NCBI GenBank assembly: GCA_964482435.1
Contig: CAYZXL010000010.1
Location: 36,946 to 100,945 of the forward strand
Origin: an uncultured Verrucomicrobiota bacterium
GTDB taxonomy: Bacteria > Auribacterota > JABMQX01
Reading direction: 5' to 3'
DNA: 64,000 nucleotides
Shown here in pieces: positions 49,101-57,458 of the stretch. Position numbers and translations under genes: made by a program. How positions within the stretch are numbered: the stretch's first letter is position 1; each line of letters begins with the position of its first letter. The notes under the pieces were generated by a model. That model made no database searches. It had not been told where the DNA came from and saw nothing but the letters and a program-made list of their open reading frames with translations.

Positions 49101-49284
49101 CGCGATCACCACGATCGTAGGGCTGCTCCCGATGACTTTCGCCAAGGGACAAGGCTCGGAGTTCTGGAACCCGCTCGGCGCGACGATCCTCAGCGGGCTT
49201 TTGGTCTCGACGTTAGTTACGCTTATCGTCGTCCCAACCTTCTACACGATTTTTGAACGGAAGGGACGCTTCCAGAGGAGGTAA
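46177..49284 (+). CDS. RND family efflux permease (AcrB/CzcA superfamily)
   Basis: The 1035-aa protein has twelve TM helices and two large periplasmic loops, plus conserved RND motifs in TM4 and TM10. Confidence 0.85.
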   Translation: MSLPRFCVGHPVTTLMIFFGVILISIISLLRLPVDMFPEMTIPSLSVITQYPGASAEDVETQVTEPLEDRLTTIPDLKHILSTSKQDLSVITLSFEWGTDLDTRANDVRDAIGFAEVVLPDDAEKPLVLKFDVSNFPVMGYGITARESYPDLKETVENEVADPLKRIPGVGAVMIRGAPRRQVNIDLDRQLLATHHLTPQDVVRAIYSENQTNPAGNLKVGVKDYSIRVPGEFKQVEPMKRIVVSNQGGKIVRLEDVATTVEYAFAEELQPVRIDGQKGLVLMVLRQSGANTVKVARAVQKQVKVLAKRLPEDAKVISVWDGSEDITRMINDLVTTLWQGGLLTVLVILIFLRQVRATFIIALSIPFSLISTLILTYVLGYTINMISLFGLVVAVGMVVDNSIVILENISRHREEGESKKEGALYGAGEVALAVAASTYTTVVVFLPLIFVKGVIKILFTQFGVVFCATILSSLFIAVTLTPMLSSKILPGAWDETRSKGLFRRLYQWSGRLLDPIFVGYDKALAWALNHRKTVIALAVAIFGGSLFLMPFIGSEFTPDQDQGSLQGTLYLPVGTRVEETDRIMAEIEEIMKREVPPEELLVTYVRCGQSEEGISSIFGDEGPHIGEFGVKLVPKTQRKEGFKEIAERLRKRIAQIPEIEKFRVETQDPMAGLLLGQERPVTVNVFGRDMEKTDAFAAEVEKIFQSVRGTTDVEISRVKGKPELWVQIDRDKASSMGLNVSTISDTVRAAFYGREASKYRIGGNQYDIFVRLDDKNRLTPDDVREMDIRLPTGETTQVANLAEVVPHLGPVTIERKDRDRIVNVGSGVGKRSMGEIVTDVKKKVERLPRTPGVEWQMAGQAEEQKESFFWLRIAILIGVILVYMVMAAQFESLLHPFVVMFSVPFAFTGVIWAMFLGGFHLSIVVFIGVLLLIGIVVNNAIVLVDYTNILRARGLGIKEAAFRAGRTRLRPVLMTAITTIVGLLPMTFAKGQGSEFWNPLGATILSGLLVSTLVTLIVVPTFYTIFERKGRFQRR

Positions 49285-49298
49285 AAGGCAATTCCAGC

Positions 49299-49592
49299 AT
49301 GAAAATGGTCCTGATCGTTTACAGTCAGGCCCTCGATGACGAGGTGTTGACGGCAGTGAAGGATTGCGGCTTGCAGAACTACACAAAGTGGACGGGGGTC
49401 CTCGGAAAAGGGACCGCAAGCGGGCCGCACCTCGCCACGACGGTTTGGCCGAGGTCCAATAACGTTCTTGCACTGGTTACTGATGATAGTTTCGTCGAGC
49501 CGCTTCTCGAACGGATAACAAAGCTGAGAGCCGAGCTTCGCGGCGAAGGCGTTAAGGCTTTCGTCCTGCCGGTTGAGAGCTTCACGGAATAG
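49299..49592 (+). CDS. small PII-like fold protein trailing the RND pump (DUF3240-like)
   Basis: The 97-aa ORF starts 15 bp after the RND gene stop. Its beta-alpha-beta-beta-alpha-beta pattern resembles PII-like proteins often linked to cation-efflux pumps. Confidence 0.35.
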   Translation: MKMVLIVYSQALDDEVLTAVKDCGLQNYTKWTGVLGKGTASGPHLATTVWPRSNNVLALVTDDSFVEPLLERITKLRAELRGEGVKAFVLPVESFTE

Positions 49593-49764
49593 CGCCGCCC
49601 GGAATCTTCTCCCCATCGCACGTCGCTTCCCGTCACAGACACGCACAGGGGGCGCAGGTGAATTGTCTATTGAAGGGGGAACCTCCGCCTCGTATGATGC
49701 TGTTTACGACGCAAGAGAGATTGCCCGAGCTGTTCGCTGAGCATTTCTATACGAAAGGGTTGCT

Positions 49765-50748
49765 ATGAAGACACGCAAACTCGGTAGCTCGGACATCGAG
49801 GTTTCCGTCATTGGGCTTGGTTGCTGGGCCATGGGCGGATGGATGTGGGGCGGGACAGACGACGAGAAAGCTATCGCCGCCATTCACAAAGCTCTTGACA
49901 TCGGAATGACTCTGCTCGATACCGCGCCCGTGTACGGATTCGGCTATTCGGAAGAAATTGTCGGCAAGGCCATCCAGGGGCGTCGAAGCGAGGTCATTCT
50001 GGCGACGAAATGCGGGTTGGTCTGGGACCACCCCACAGGACAGCTTTCCATGGTTGATAAAGAAGGGCGAAAGATTTACAGAGACCTTACGAAGAAAAGT
50101 GTTCTACGGGAGGCCGAGGACAGTCTTCGCCGCCTGAAAACTGACTGGATTGATATTTACCAGTGCCATCGCCCCGACGACCTGACACCAGCCGAGGAGA
50201 CGATGGAAGCCCTGAACCTCCTCTTGAAGCAGGGAAAGATTCGAGCGATTGGCGTGAGCAACTTCTCCGTCGAGCAGATGGAGGATTTTCGACGATACGG
50301 CCCCGTCCACTCCGACCAGCCGAGGTACAGCATGCTCGACCGAGAAATCGAGCGGGAGATTCTCCCGTTCTGCCGAAAGAACAATATCGGAATCCTCGCT
50401 TACAGCCCGCTGGAGCAGGGCATCCTCACCGGCAAGGTCACGCCTGACCGCAAATTCCCGCCGAACGACTACAGAGGCGACAGGCCGTGGTTTCAGGAGA
50501 ACAATCTGAGGCGAGCGCTCGATTTCTTAGATAAGCTCAAGCCCATCGCCGCTAACCACGGTAAGAGCCTCGCGCAGCTCGGCATCAATTGGGTCATCTG
50601 CCAGGATGAGTTGATGGTGCCGCTCGTCGGCGCGCGAACGCCGGAGCAGGTCCTGGAAAACGCGGGCGCCGCCGATTGGCGGCTGAGGAACGATGAACTG
50701 AAGCTCATTGAACAGTACGTCGAGGACTTAGGGCCACCGGAGGAGTAG
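49765..50748 (+). CDS. cytoplasmic aldo/keto reductase
   Basis: The N-terminus MKTRKLGSSDIEVSVIGLGCWAMGG has no signal peptide. The AKR catalytic residues are in typical positions (D..Y..K..H). Confidence 0.8.
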   Translation: MKTRKLGSSDIEVSVIGLGCWAMGGWMWGGTDDEKAIAAIHKALDIGMTLLDTAPVYGFGYSEEIVGKAIQGRRSEVILATKCGLVWDHPTGQLSMVDKEGRKIYRDLTKKSVLREAEDSLRRLKTDWIDIYQCHRPDDLTPAEETMEALNLLLKQGKIRAIGVSNFSVEQMEDFRRYGPVHSDQPRYSMLDREIEREILPFCRKNNIGILAYSPLEQGILTGKVTPDRKFPPNDYRGDRPWFQENNLRRALDFLDKLKPIAANHGKSLAQLGINWVICQDELMVPLVGARTPEQVLENAGAADWRLRNDELKLIEQYVEDLGPPEE

Positions 50749-50784
50749 CAGCGCCGCTGAGGCGAAACTATATCCCGCAGTGCA

Positions 50785-51480
50785 CTACGCCCAGCCTTCC
50801 GCGATCAGCGTCTCATGCAATTCATCGGGATGATGCCGGCAGCGGTATTCAAGGCGGCTGGATTCTGCGTGGGCCGTGCTGTAAGGCGAGCCGGCAGCCA
50901 TGCAGTTGCGCTCGTGCAGCTCGTGCAAAAGGACGTAGGGACGCTCCTCCTCTTCAATAGCATCGTCAATCCAGACCTCGTTTTCAGGGACGAACTCGTA
51001 CACATGGTCGTGACCGCCAGCCGTGAAATCAATGTCAAAGACGCTCCGCACAAGCCGTCCGTTCACAATCCACACGCTCAGGCCGTTCTCCAGCTTTTTC
51101 CACAGGCGCTCGTGCACTGCAACGCCGTCCGGCAGTTTCCTTCCATCACGGGTCAAGCGTCTCAGGTCTCCGGCCCGGCGGCGCTCCTTACGCTCCGCGC
51201 GGTCGGCTTCGATCAGAGCCGTTTCATACGGCACGCCCCTCGCCATGAGCCGATGCTCCACCAGCAGGTGCTCGATGAAAAACTGGCGTTCATCCTCCCC
51301 GGCCTGTTGGTCTATCCACAGCTCGTTCGAGGGGATGTACGGATAACGGTAGTGCTGTCCAAAGTTGGTGAATTCTTCGTCCATGTGACCGCGGACATAG
51401 GCGCCGTCAACGATCCACACCTCCAGATTCCCTCTCTTCTCGTCCCGGCGAAGGTACGGCAGTCTGATTTGCGTGACCAT
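50785..51480 (-). CDS. hypothetical protein made of two internal ~100-aa repeats
   Basis: Residues 20-110 and 125-215 align to each other: both share a VWIV(D/N)G...(Y/F)(I/V)P.NE(L/V)WID...E...P(Y/F) core. Each repeat has a His/Glu cluster (HLLVEH / LLHELHE). Confidence 0.45.
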   Translation of the reverse strand: MVTQIRLPYLRRDEKRGNLEVWIVDGAYVRGHMDEEFTNFGQHYRYPYIPSNELWIDQQAGEDERQFFIEHLLVEHRLMARGVPYETALIEADRAERKERRRAGDLRRLTRDGRKLPDGVAVHERLWKKLENGLSVWIVNGRLVRSVFDIDFTAGGHDHVYEFVPENEVWIDDAIEEEERPYVLLHELHERNCMAAGSPYSTAHAESSRLEYRCRHHPDELHETLIAEGWA

Positions 51481-51816
51481 GGGTCCGCCCTCTATGCTAA
51501 GCAGACATATGCAACCGCCCGAGCGAATTTGCCTCTTCTTGTGCTCGGTTCAGCGACCATGCTTAGCCGTTCAGATGCCTGACAACACTGCCCAGGGTAT
51601 GCTGCGCCCGGCGCTCTACGCCAGGGGCCGTGGCAGAAGAAGCAATGGTCCCTTCAGACAGCGTCTCCTGTATAGTCCAGACAACCCTGCCCGGACCCTA
51701 TACAGGACGACCGCTGTCGCACCCTCCACAGAGGGACGTGCCACTTTGAGATACCGCACTCGTGCTTGCTGCACCGTTCTGCTTTGCCCGCAACCTGCGG
51801 GCAATCAGCATCATGG

Positions 51817-52632
51817 TCAGGAACGCCGAGCGGGAGTTGTTGGCGGGGTTTGGGCTTTCTGGGCGGGGGCGCGACCGGCAGCCCAGCCAATCGCGTTGGA
51901 GAGGAGCTTTCGGTAATTCGCGTCCTTGAAAGCGCTCGCGCCGTGACCAAACTGAATGTACACAACGGGCGCCTTCCCGCAGAGTTGCGTCCAGGCGATG
52001 ACCTTTTCGCTAAGCGGATGCTCCACCGTGAGGAGAGGCTTGACTTCGGGGCGAACGGTAAACTTATTGTAAACCTCGTCAACAATTTCAAACTCTGAAA
52101 TCCTCAGCCCTTGCGCGATCGGGTGGCTCTTGTCGGCAACCTGCACCTTGAGTTTCTCGTCGTGCTTATAGCCCGACGTCGGGTGCTTCACGCCGTCTTC
52201 TTCCCGGGCGGCTGTATAGAATTTCCCTCCGATGATTTTCTGGAAATCCGGCCAGTCCTGGTACGAGCCGAGGCAATGGTGCAGACCCACCAACCCTTTT
52301 CCGGAGCTGAGGTACATGACAAGTTTCTGCTTCTGGGCATCCGTGATTTTCTGCACCATGTCGTACAGGACAATCACGTCGTACTTCGCCAGGTCTCTAT
52401 CGTACGCTTCGCTGGTCTCCTTTTGCTCGGCGGTCTCGACCACAATTCCGTCGAGAGCCTTGAACATCGCAAAGAACGGCTCCTGCTCGAAATCATGCCC
52501 GCCAGTCACGACGAGAACCTTGATTTTCTCCGCGGGAGCGCTCGGCGCCGCGCATTGAACCGCAGCTGCAAGAATTGCGGCAAGCCCGAATACACAGATT
52601 AACGTCACCAACCCAACCCAATTTCGCTTCAC
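51817..52632 (-). CDS. secreted ThuA-like (trehalose-utilisation ThuA family) protein
   Basis: The signal peptide is followed by ThuA hallmarks KVLVVTGGHDFE, LAKYDVIVLYD, GKGLVGLHH, GGKF and HPIAQGL. Confidence 0.7.
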   Translation of the reverse strand: MKRNWVGLVTLICVFGLAAILAAAVQCAAPSAPAEKIKVLVVTGGHDFEQEPFFAMFKALDGIVVETAEQKETSEAYDRDLAKYDVIVLYDMVQKITDAQKQKLVMYLSSGKGLVGLHHCLGSYQDWPDFQKIIGGKFYTAAREEDGVKHPTSGYKHDEKLKVQVADKSHPIAQGLRISEFEIVDEVYNKFTVRPEVKPLLTVEHPLSEKVIAWTQLCGKAPVVYIQFGHGASAFKDANYRKLLSNAIGWAAGRAPAQKAQTPPTTPARRS

Positions 52633-52851
52633 TTTTTCTCCTCCTTACGCTTCGTGCGACAGGGGCCGTTGCTCGCTGTTCTACCGGGAACGCGCGCAAC
52701 TTTCCTTTGATTTTTTTTAGGATAACCCGTTTATCCTCTCGTTTCAAACATTTTGTTTCCCGGGGCGTAATGCCTCATCTGTGACGGGTTACGCTCGACG
52801 AAGGCGCTCGCTCGACGTTCTTGCCGCTTCGCAGGATGGGAGAATGGGCGT

Positions 52852-55575
52852 TCAGTCCTGGCAGACGCGGTAGAAGCGGCATTTGACGGCGGCAGCGGGA
52901 GGGGAGGTTGGATTATTTTTCTCGTCGGGAGAGTCGAGCCATTGGATGATGCTGCCGTCTCCGAGGAAAGCCGGGCCGCAGGGTTTCCAGTCGGTGGTTT
53001 CATTGAGACCGTCGTCGGTGTACTCAATCTGGTAGCGGACACCTTGAATCGTTGGTCCGAAGGCGACGGCGATTGAGGAGGTGCTGACGGTGATGGTGAG
53101 TTGCAGTGGCGGAAACGGCTCCTCCTCGCGGAGCAGAAGCGTGAGGTCATCCCAGGCGGCGTTCGCGGGAGAGCTGAACACGTCGCGGGCGAGCATCCAG
53201 AACCGGACGGATTTTGTGCCAGCAGGGACGCGATTGCTGGAGGACAATTTCATCCACTCGCCGATTACCCCGGAGTAAAGTTGCCGTCGTTCGAGAACGG
53301 TGTTGCTGGCATCGAGAAATTCAATTGCTATCAAAGGGACAACGGACTCCGTCTGGCCTGTTCGGATGACATGGCCTCCCCAATCGGCGACAATCTTTTT
53401 TTGCGGCGAATCAATCGCTTCTGAAAAAGCCGAAACGTCCACGTCCTGATAAGCTCCGAGGAGGTAGGTCTCGTTCACCAGGTTGTTTGTTTCGCGGTCG
53501 AATCTCCCCGAGGTCTGGTCTGCCCAGAAAGCCCACTTCCCCTGGACGCTCCAGCCGTCAGCGACGGCAATGAACAGGTCGTTGTCGAAGGAGTAGCGGT
53601 TGGCGGGGTCGGGTGGGAAAGTAGTGCTGGCGTTGGTCCAGTGGCAGAGGGATTGTTCTTCGGCATCGGAGTTGAGGAGAAGGTTGCGTGTTTGATCGCC
53701 CGCAGCGCCGGCGACGGTTTCGGACGGCAGCCCTTCGAGATCGGCGTCCACTGCTGTTACGTAATACGAACAACTGGTCCCTTCGACCAGGTTGAGGTCG
53801 AGGTAACGTGGTTGTGGCACCCGAGAAGGGGTGATTTTGACGAAGGGTGCATCGCCTACCTTCCTGTAAATCAAATAGCCGAGGACATCGGCTTCGGGAT
53901 TGGGTTCCCAGGCGAGGGCGATTCCTCCGAGGGTCGGCTCGGCGGAAAGACCGAAGACCTTTTTCGGGGGGATGCCGGCAGGGGCGGTGGTCTGGACTTC
54001 GGGCGACGGGTCGCTCTCTACGGGACCATATCCAGGAGCGAAGGAGCGGACCATGTAGGTGTACGTCTTGCCTTCTGCGGTGGATTCGTCAGTCCAAGAG
54101 GTCGCGGCGACGTCGGCGACTTTCTCGAAAGGCTCGGAGCCGGTTCGGCGGTAGATGTTGTAGCCGGCTGGCAAGACTCCTCCGGACGGGGGATCCCAGG
54201 AGAGCGCGATGCTTTGCTCGCCGGGAGAAACGGAAGCTGAGAGATTCGACGGCGGGTCCGGCTTGGGGACGAAATTCCATTGATATACGACAACCTCCCC
54301 GGACTTCAGAGAGATGTAGAAGCGGTTGCGGTAGCCCTTGATTGACTGAATTTGCTCTCCGTCTCCGATGCTCACGCTAAAGAGCACCTGCGGTTCGCTC
54401 GTCTTATCGGCGAGGTCGAGCACGAGAAGCTCGTCTCCCCCTACCTCGGCAGTGACGAGGTGCGTCTCATCGTGGGTCAAAACGGACGGAAGGAGCGGAT
54501 TGGACGAGATGCGGCTTCCCGGCTCATCGCCGTTCCCGTTCCAGTTGATGGGCGAGCCGAGGAACTCAGGAGCCGCACCGTCGGTGGGCATGTCGGCATT
54601 CCAGAGTAAATAGGAGCCGTCAGCGGCCACGACTTGCCGGATGCGAACAAACCAGTGGTCCGCTGGATGCATGGACGCGACCCGCTCGATCAACCACTTC
54701 CCATCGCCGGTTATGATGTCGGGCGAGACTCGCGAACGCCAGTCGCCCGAGCAGCGCGACCAGTACCGAAACGCCTCAATGGGGTCTCGCGAAAAATCCA
54801 GCATCGCTTCCGCTCCGTCCTGCCCTCCGCACCAGAGCAAATCGCGGCTCGGGTCGTAAACCTGCCCGTAAATCGTCGAGAACCCCCCGATGCCTTCCTT
54901 CACGACGGACATCTTCCGGGTGACGGAGTTGATCGAAAGCAAGTAGATTCCCTCGCCGAAAAAGACTTTGTGGCCGCCAGAGGGGTCATCGGCGTGCCCG
55001 CCGGTTCTCATGGCAGCGGCGATCATTGAGCCGCCCTTGACGAAAATGGGAGGGGATGTGGTCAAGGGATTCTCAAATTGAGCACCCGGAAATTGAAGAT
55101 TCGGGGGATAGGCAGAGTCGAGCAATTGGAATTGGTCACCGCTGACGTCAATCAGGAATATCTTTGTTCCGCAGCCGCCTCCGACGACAACTCTCTCAAA
55201 ACACGGGTCGAAAGAGATTCCGAAGGCGCCATCCTCGCCGTAAGGCATCCCTTCAAATTCCTGCTGGGCGAGGGAGCGGATTTGGGAGGGGTCTGTGACG
55301 TCGAGGATGTCGAGGCAGGCTGCCCCGCCAGGGGAGGACTCGCTCACAACGTAGAGGCGAGTGCCGTCGGCGTTGAGGGCGAGATTGTACGCACCTCCGG
55401 GCCCGGGGTCAAACTCGCCGCAGAAATCGAAACGCTCGACATTCAATCCTCCCGACGGAGTGTCAGATATGCCGGAGCTGGTGCGGGAGCGCGATTCTCC
55501 GGCAACGCGCCAAGCGCACGGGAACACGAGGAGACAACAAAGACACACAGCAAAACTGGATAGCCGTGGACGCAT
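52852..55575 (-). CDS. large secreted protein with a beta-propeller-like N-terminal region, two fibronectin type III domains and a C-terminal domain of unknown function
   Basis: The start at 55575 is followed by signal peptide MRPRLSSFAVCLCCLLVFPCAWRVAG. The two FN3 units are ...PPSNLSASVSPGEQSIALSWDPP...YTYMV... and ...PPKKVFGLSAEPTLGGIALAWEP...YYVTAVD... Confidence 0.5.
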   Translation of the reverse strand: MRPRLSSFAVCLCCLLVFPCAWRVAGESRSRTSSGISDTPSGGLNVERFDFCGEFDPGPGGAYNLALNADGTRLYVVSESSPGGAACLDILDVTDPSQIRSLAQQEFEGMPYGEDGAFGISFDPCFERVVVGGGCGTKIFLIDVSGDQFQLLDSAYPPNLQFPGAQFENPLTTSPPIFVKGGSMIAAAMRTGGHADDPSGGHKVFFGEGIYLLSINSVTRKMSVVKEGIGGFSTIYGQVYDPSRDLLWCGGQDGAEAMLDFSRDPIEAFRYWSRCSGDWRSRVSPDIITGDGKWLIERVASMHPADHWFVRIRQVVAADGSYLLWNADMPTDGAAPEFLGSPINWNGNGDEPGSRISSNPLLPSVLTHDETHLVTAEVGGDELLVLDLADKTSEPQVLFSVSIGDGEQIQSIKGYRNRFYISLKSGEVVVYQWNFVPKPDPPSNLSASVSPGEQSIALSWDPPSGGVLPAGYNIYRRTGSEPFEKVADVAATSWTDESTAEGKTYTYMVRSFAPGYGPVESDPSPEVQTTAPAGIPPKKVFGLSAEPTLGGIALAWEPNPEADVLGYLIYRKVGDAPFVKITPSRVPQPRYLDLNLVEGTSCSYYVTAVDADLEGLPSETVAGAAGDQTRNLLLNSDAEEQSLCHWTNASTTFPPDPANRYSFDNDLFIAVADGWSVQGKWAFWADQTSGRFDRETNNLVNETYLLGAYQDVDVSAFSEAIDSPQKKIVADWGGHVIRTGQTESVVPLIAIEFLDASNTVLERRQLYSGVIGEWMKLSSSNRVPAGTKSVRFWMLARDVFSSPANAAWDDLTLLLREEEPFPPLQLTITVSTSSIAVAFGPTIQGVRYQIEYTDDGLNETTDWKPCGPAFLGDGSIIQWLDSPDEKNNPTSPPAAAVKCRFYRVCQD

Positions 55576-55973
55576 GACACCCCCCCGGTGAGACTTCCAA
55601 GCCGCGACATTTCTCGAGTTATCGTATAGCAAATCGGAAAAAGCAAGTCAACAAACCCCGAAAGTTTTCAGGTAGTGCGTTAGTCCTCCGCGGCTATGGT
55701 CGTGTCGCCCGCGAGGAACAAAGCCTCTACCTCCGTAGTGCCTGTCCAATGCCGCTCGTCAAATCACGACAAGGCGATAATTCACCCCGGGCGCGCCCCC
55801 GAAATGCAGTCACGGCCCTTCAGCGTGAGTCATTGGTTCACGAAGAACCGACATCGGGGCGTACAGACGCTCATTGCCCTCACGGCCGCCACGCAATCCA
55901 GACAAAGCGCCGTTGGCACCTTATGAACCGAATTGCCGACGGGAAGGCTCAGCCCTGTCGGAGTCGCGCCTCC

Positions 55974-57296
55974 TCACAACGGCCGTATCTGGATGTTGCG
56001 GTAGATGGCTTTTGCCTTTATACCTTCCGCTTGGCCGCCGCCGTGAACCTGGACGGCGATGCCACCTTTTTCGGGGATGCGAACCTCCTTGTCCTCGTAA
56101 TCAATCATGTGGACGCCGTTCATAAAGACGGTGATTTTGGGCGGCTGGCCGGAAATCTTGATGCGGAAAATGTTCCAGTCGTCCTTCTTCCACGCGGCAG
56201 GATATTGCTCTGACCGCGCTCCGAAGCCGCCAATCCCCTCGCCGTAGATTCCGCCGACGTTGCCCCCTTCGTGATAATCCACCATGACCTGATAGGCTTT
56301 CCCGGTCTCTGTCGAGCGAAGGAATATTCCGCTGTCAATTCCCCACTCCGGTTTCGCCTCGATGACTAACTCGAAATCACCATACTCCTTGTCGGTGATG
56401 AGAATGCCGCCCTGACGAGGCGGATTCTGCTGGCCGACGATGGTACCGTTCTCGACCACCCATTTCCCGCCAGTGCCGTGTCCTGTGGTGCGGCTGACAT
56501 GCCAACCGTTGAGGGTTTTTCCGTCGAAAATCGGGGTGAAGCCCGCAACGTAATCGGGAACGGGCTTGCCCGCGGCCCAGAGCGTTGCACGGATGAGGAA
56601 AGTCTTGAAGATGTCCTGCTGGCAGGCTTTGGGGTCGTGCCCAAATCCCATGTAGAAGACTCGTCCCTTCCCAGACGATTTCGTCCAGGCGATGGGGAGG
56701 TCCTTCCCCTCGTGCGCGGCGGTCGCGAGGATGTGAATCTCAGGGTCGTCCTGCTGGAGGATGTACTGCTCGTCCGTGATGTTGAAGTCAATCAGCCCTC
56801 TCGTTAGAGGGTTTTCCTTGTCCACAACCTTCACGGCGAATTCCCGGTAAGCCGGGTGCGTGAGGAAATGCCCGCCGACGAACTTCCGATATTCTTCGTC
56901 CTCGCGGAACGAATCGCCGGCCGAATGGAAGCCAACGTAGCCCTTGCCGCTGGCGACGAAATCGAAAAGCCCTTTCTTCTGTTCAGGAGTAATCGTTCCG
57001 ACGGTGTAGTAAAAGACAATCACGTCGTAGGGGTCGAGCTTGGGGGAGATGAGAGCGTTGAGGTCCTCCTCGATTTTTGTAACCTCGAACTGCCCGAACT
57101 CCTTCAGCGTCTTCTCGACCTCATTCCCGATCCCCTTGTAGTCGTGGATGGTCCCACCGGCGAAGACGAGGACTTTCGTCTTCGAACTCGGCGCTTGCGC
57201 AGCGGTTGGCGTCAAAAAGTCCACACAGAAAGCCACAGTCGTTACGGTCAGCAAAAGTGCTCCCAAACAAGCGCACGTGAGAAAACGGTTCTTCAT
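55974..57296 (-). CDS. secreted ThuA-like domain fused to a DUF1080 (3-keto-disaccharide hydrolase-like) domain
   Basis: The N-terminal ThuA half has KVLVFAGGTIHDY, DPYDVIVFYY and GKGYVGFHSA. The C-terminal half has the DUF1080 motifs FDGKTLNGWH, YGDFELVIE and IAVQVHGG. Confidence 0.7.
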   Translation of the reverse strand: MKNRFLTCACLGALLLTVTTVAFCVDFLTPTAAQAPSSKTKVLVFAGGTIHDYKGIGNEVEKTLKEFGQFEVTKIEEDLNALISPKLDPYDVIVFYYTVGTITPEQKKGLFDFVASGKGYVGFHSAGDSFREDEEYRKFVGGHFLTHPAYREFAVKVVDKENPLTRGLIDFNITDEQYILQQDDPEIHILATAAHEGKDLPIAWTKSSGKGRVFYMGFGHDPKACQQDIFKTFLIRATLWAAGKPVPDYVAGFTPIFDGKTLNGWHVSRTTGHGTGGKWVVENGTIVGQQNPPRQGGILITDKEYGDFELVIEAKPEWGIDSGIFLRSTETGKAYQVMVDYHEGGNVGGIYGEGIGGFGARSEQYPAAWKKDDWNIFRIKISGQPPKITVFMNGVHMIDYEDKEVRIPEKGGIAVQVHGGGQAEGIKAKAIYRNIQIRPL

Positions 57297-57458
57297 GGTT
57301 GCCTCCTTGTTTTGGCTGCCTATCGCATCATCCTTCGCGGAAACGACTTGAAGGAACGCGGCTGCGTTCCCTCAGTTCTGCGAGCCATTCCGTCGAGGGC
57401 AAATAACAGTGATTCCGCGATTGCTCCGGCGTTGCCCGCCACTCCCTGGTGGAAAACC

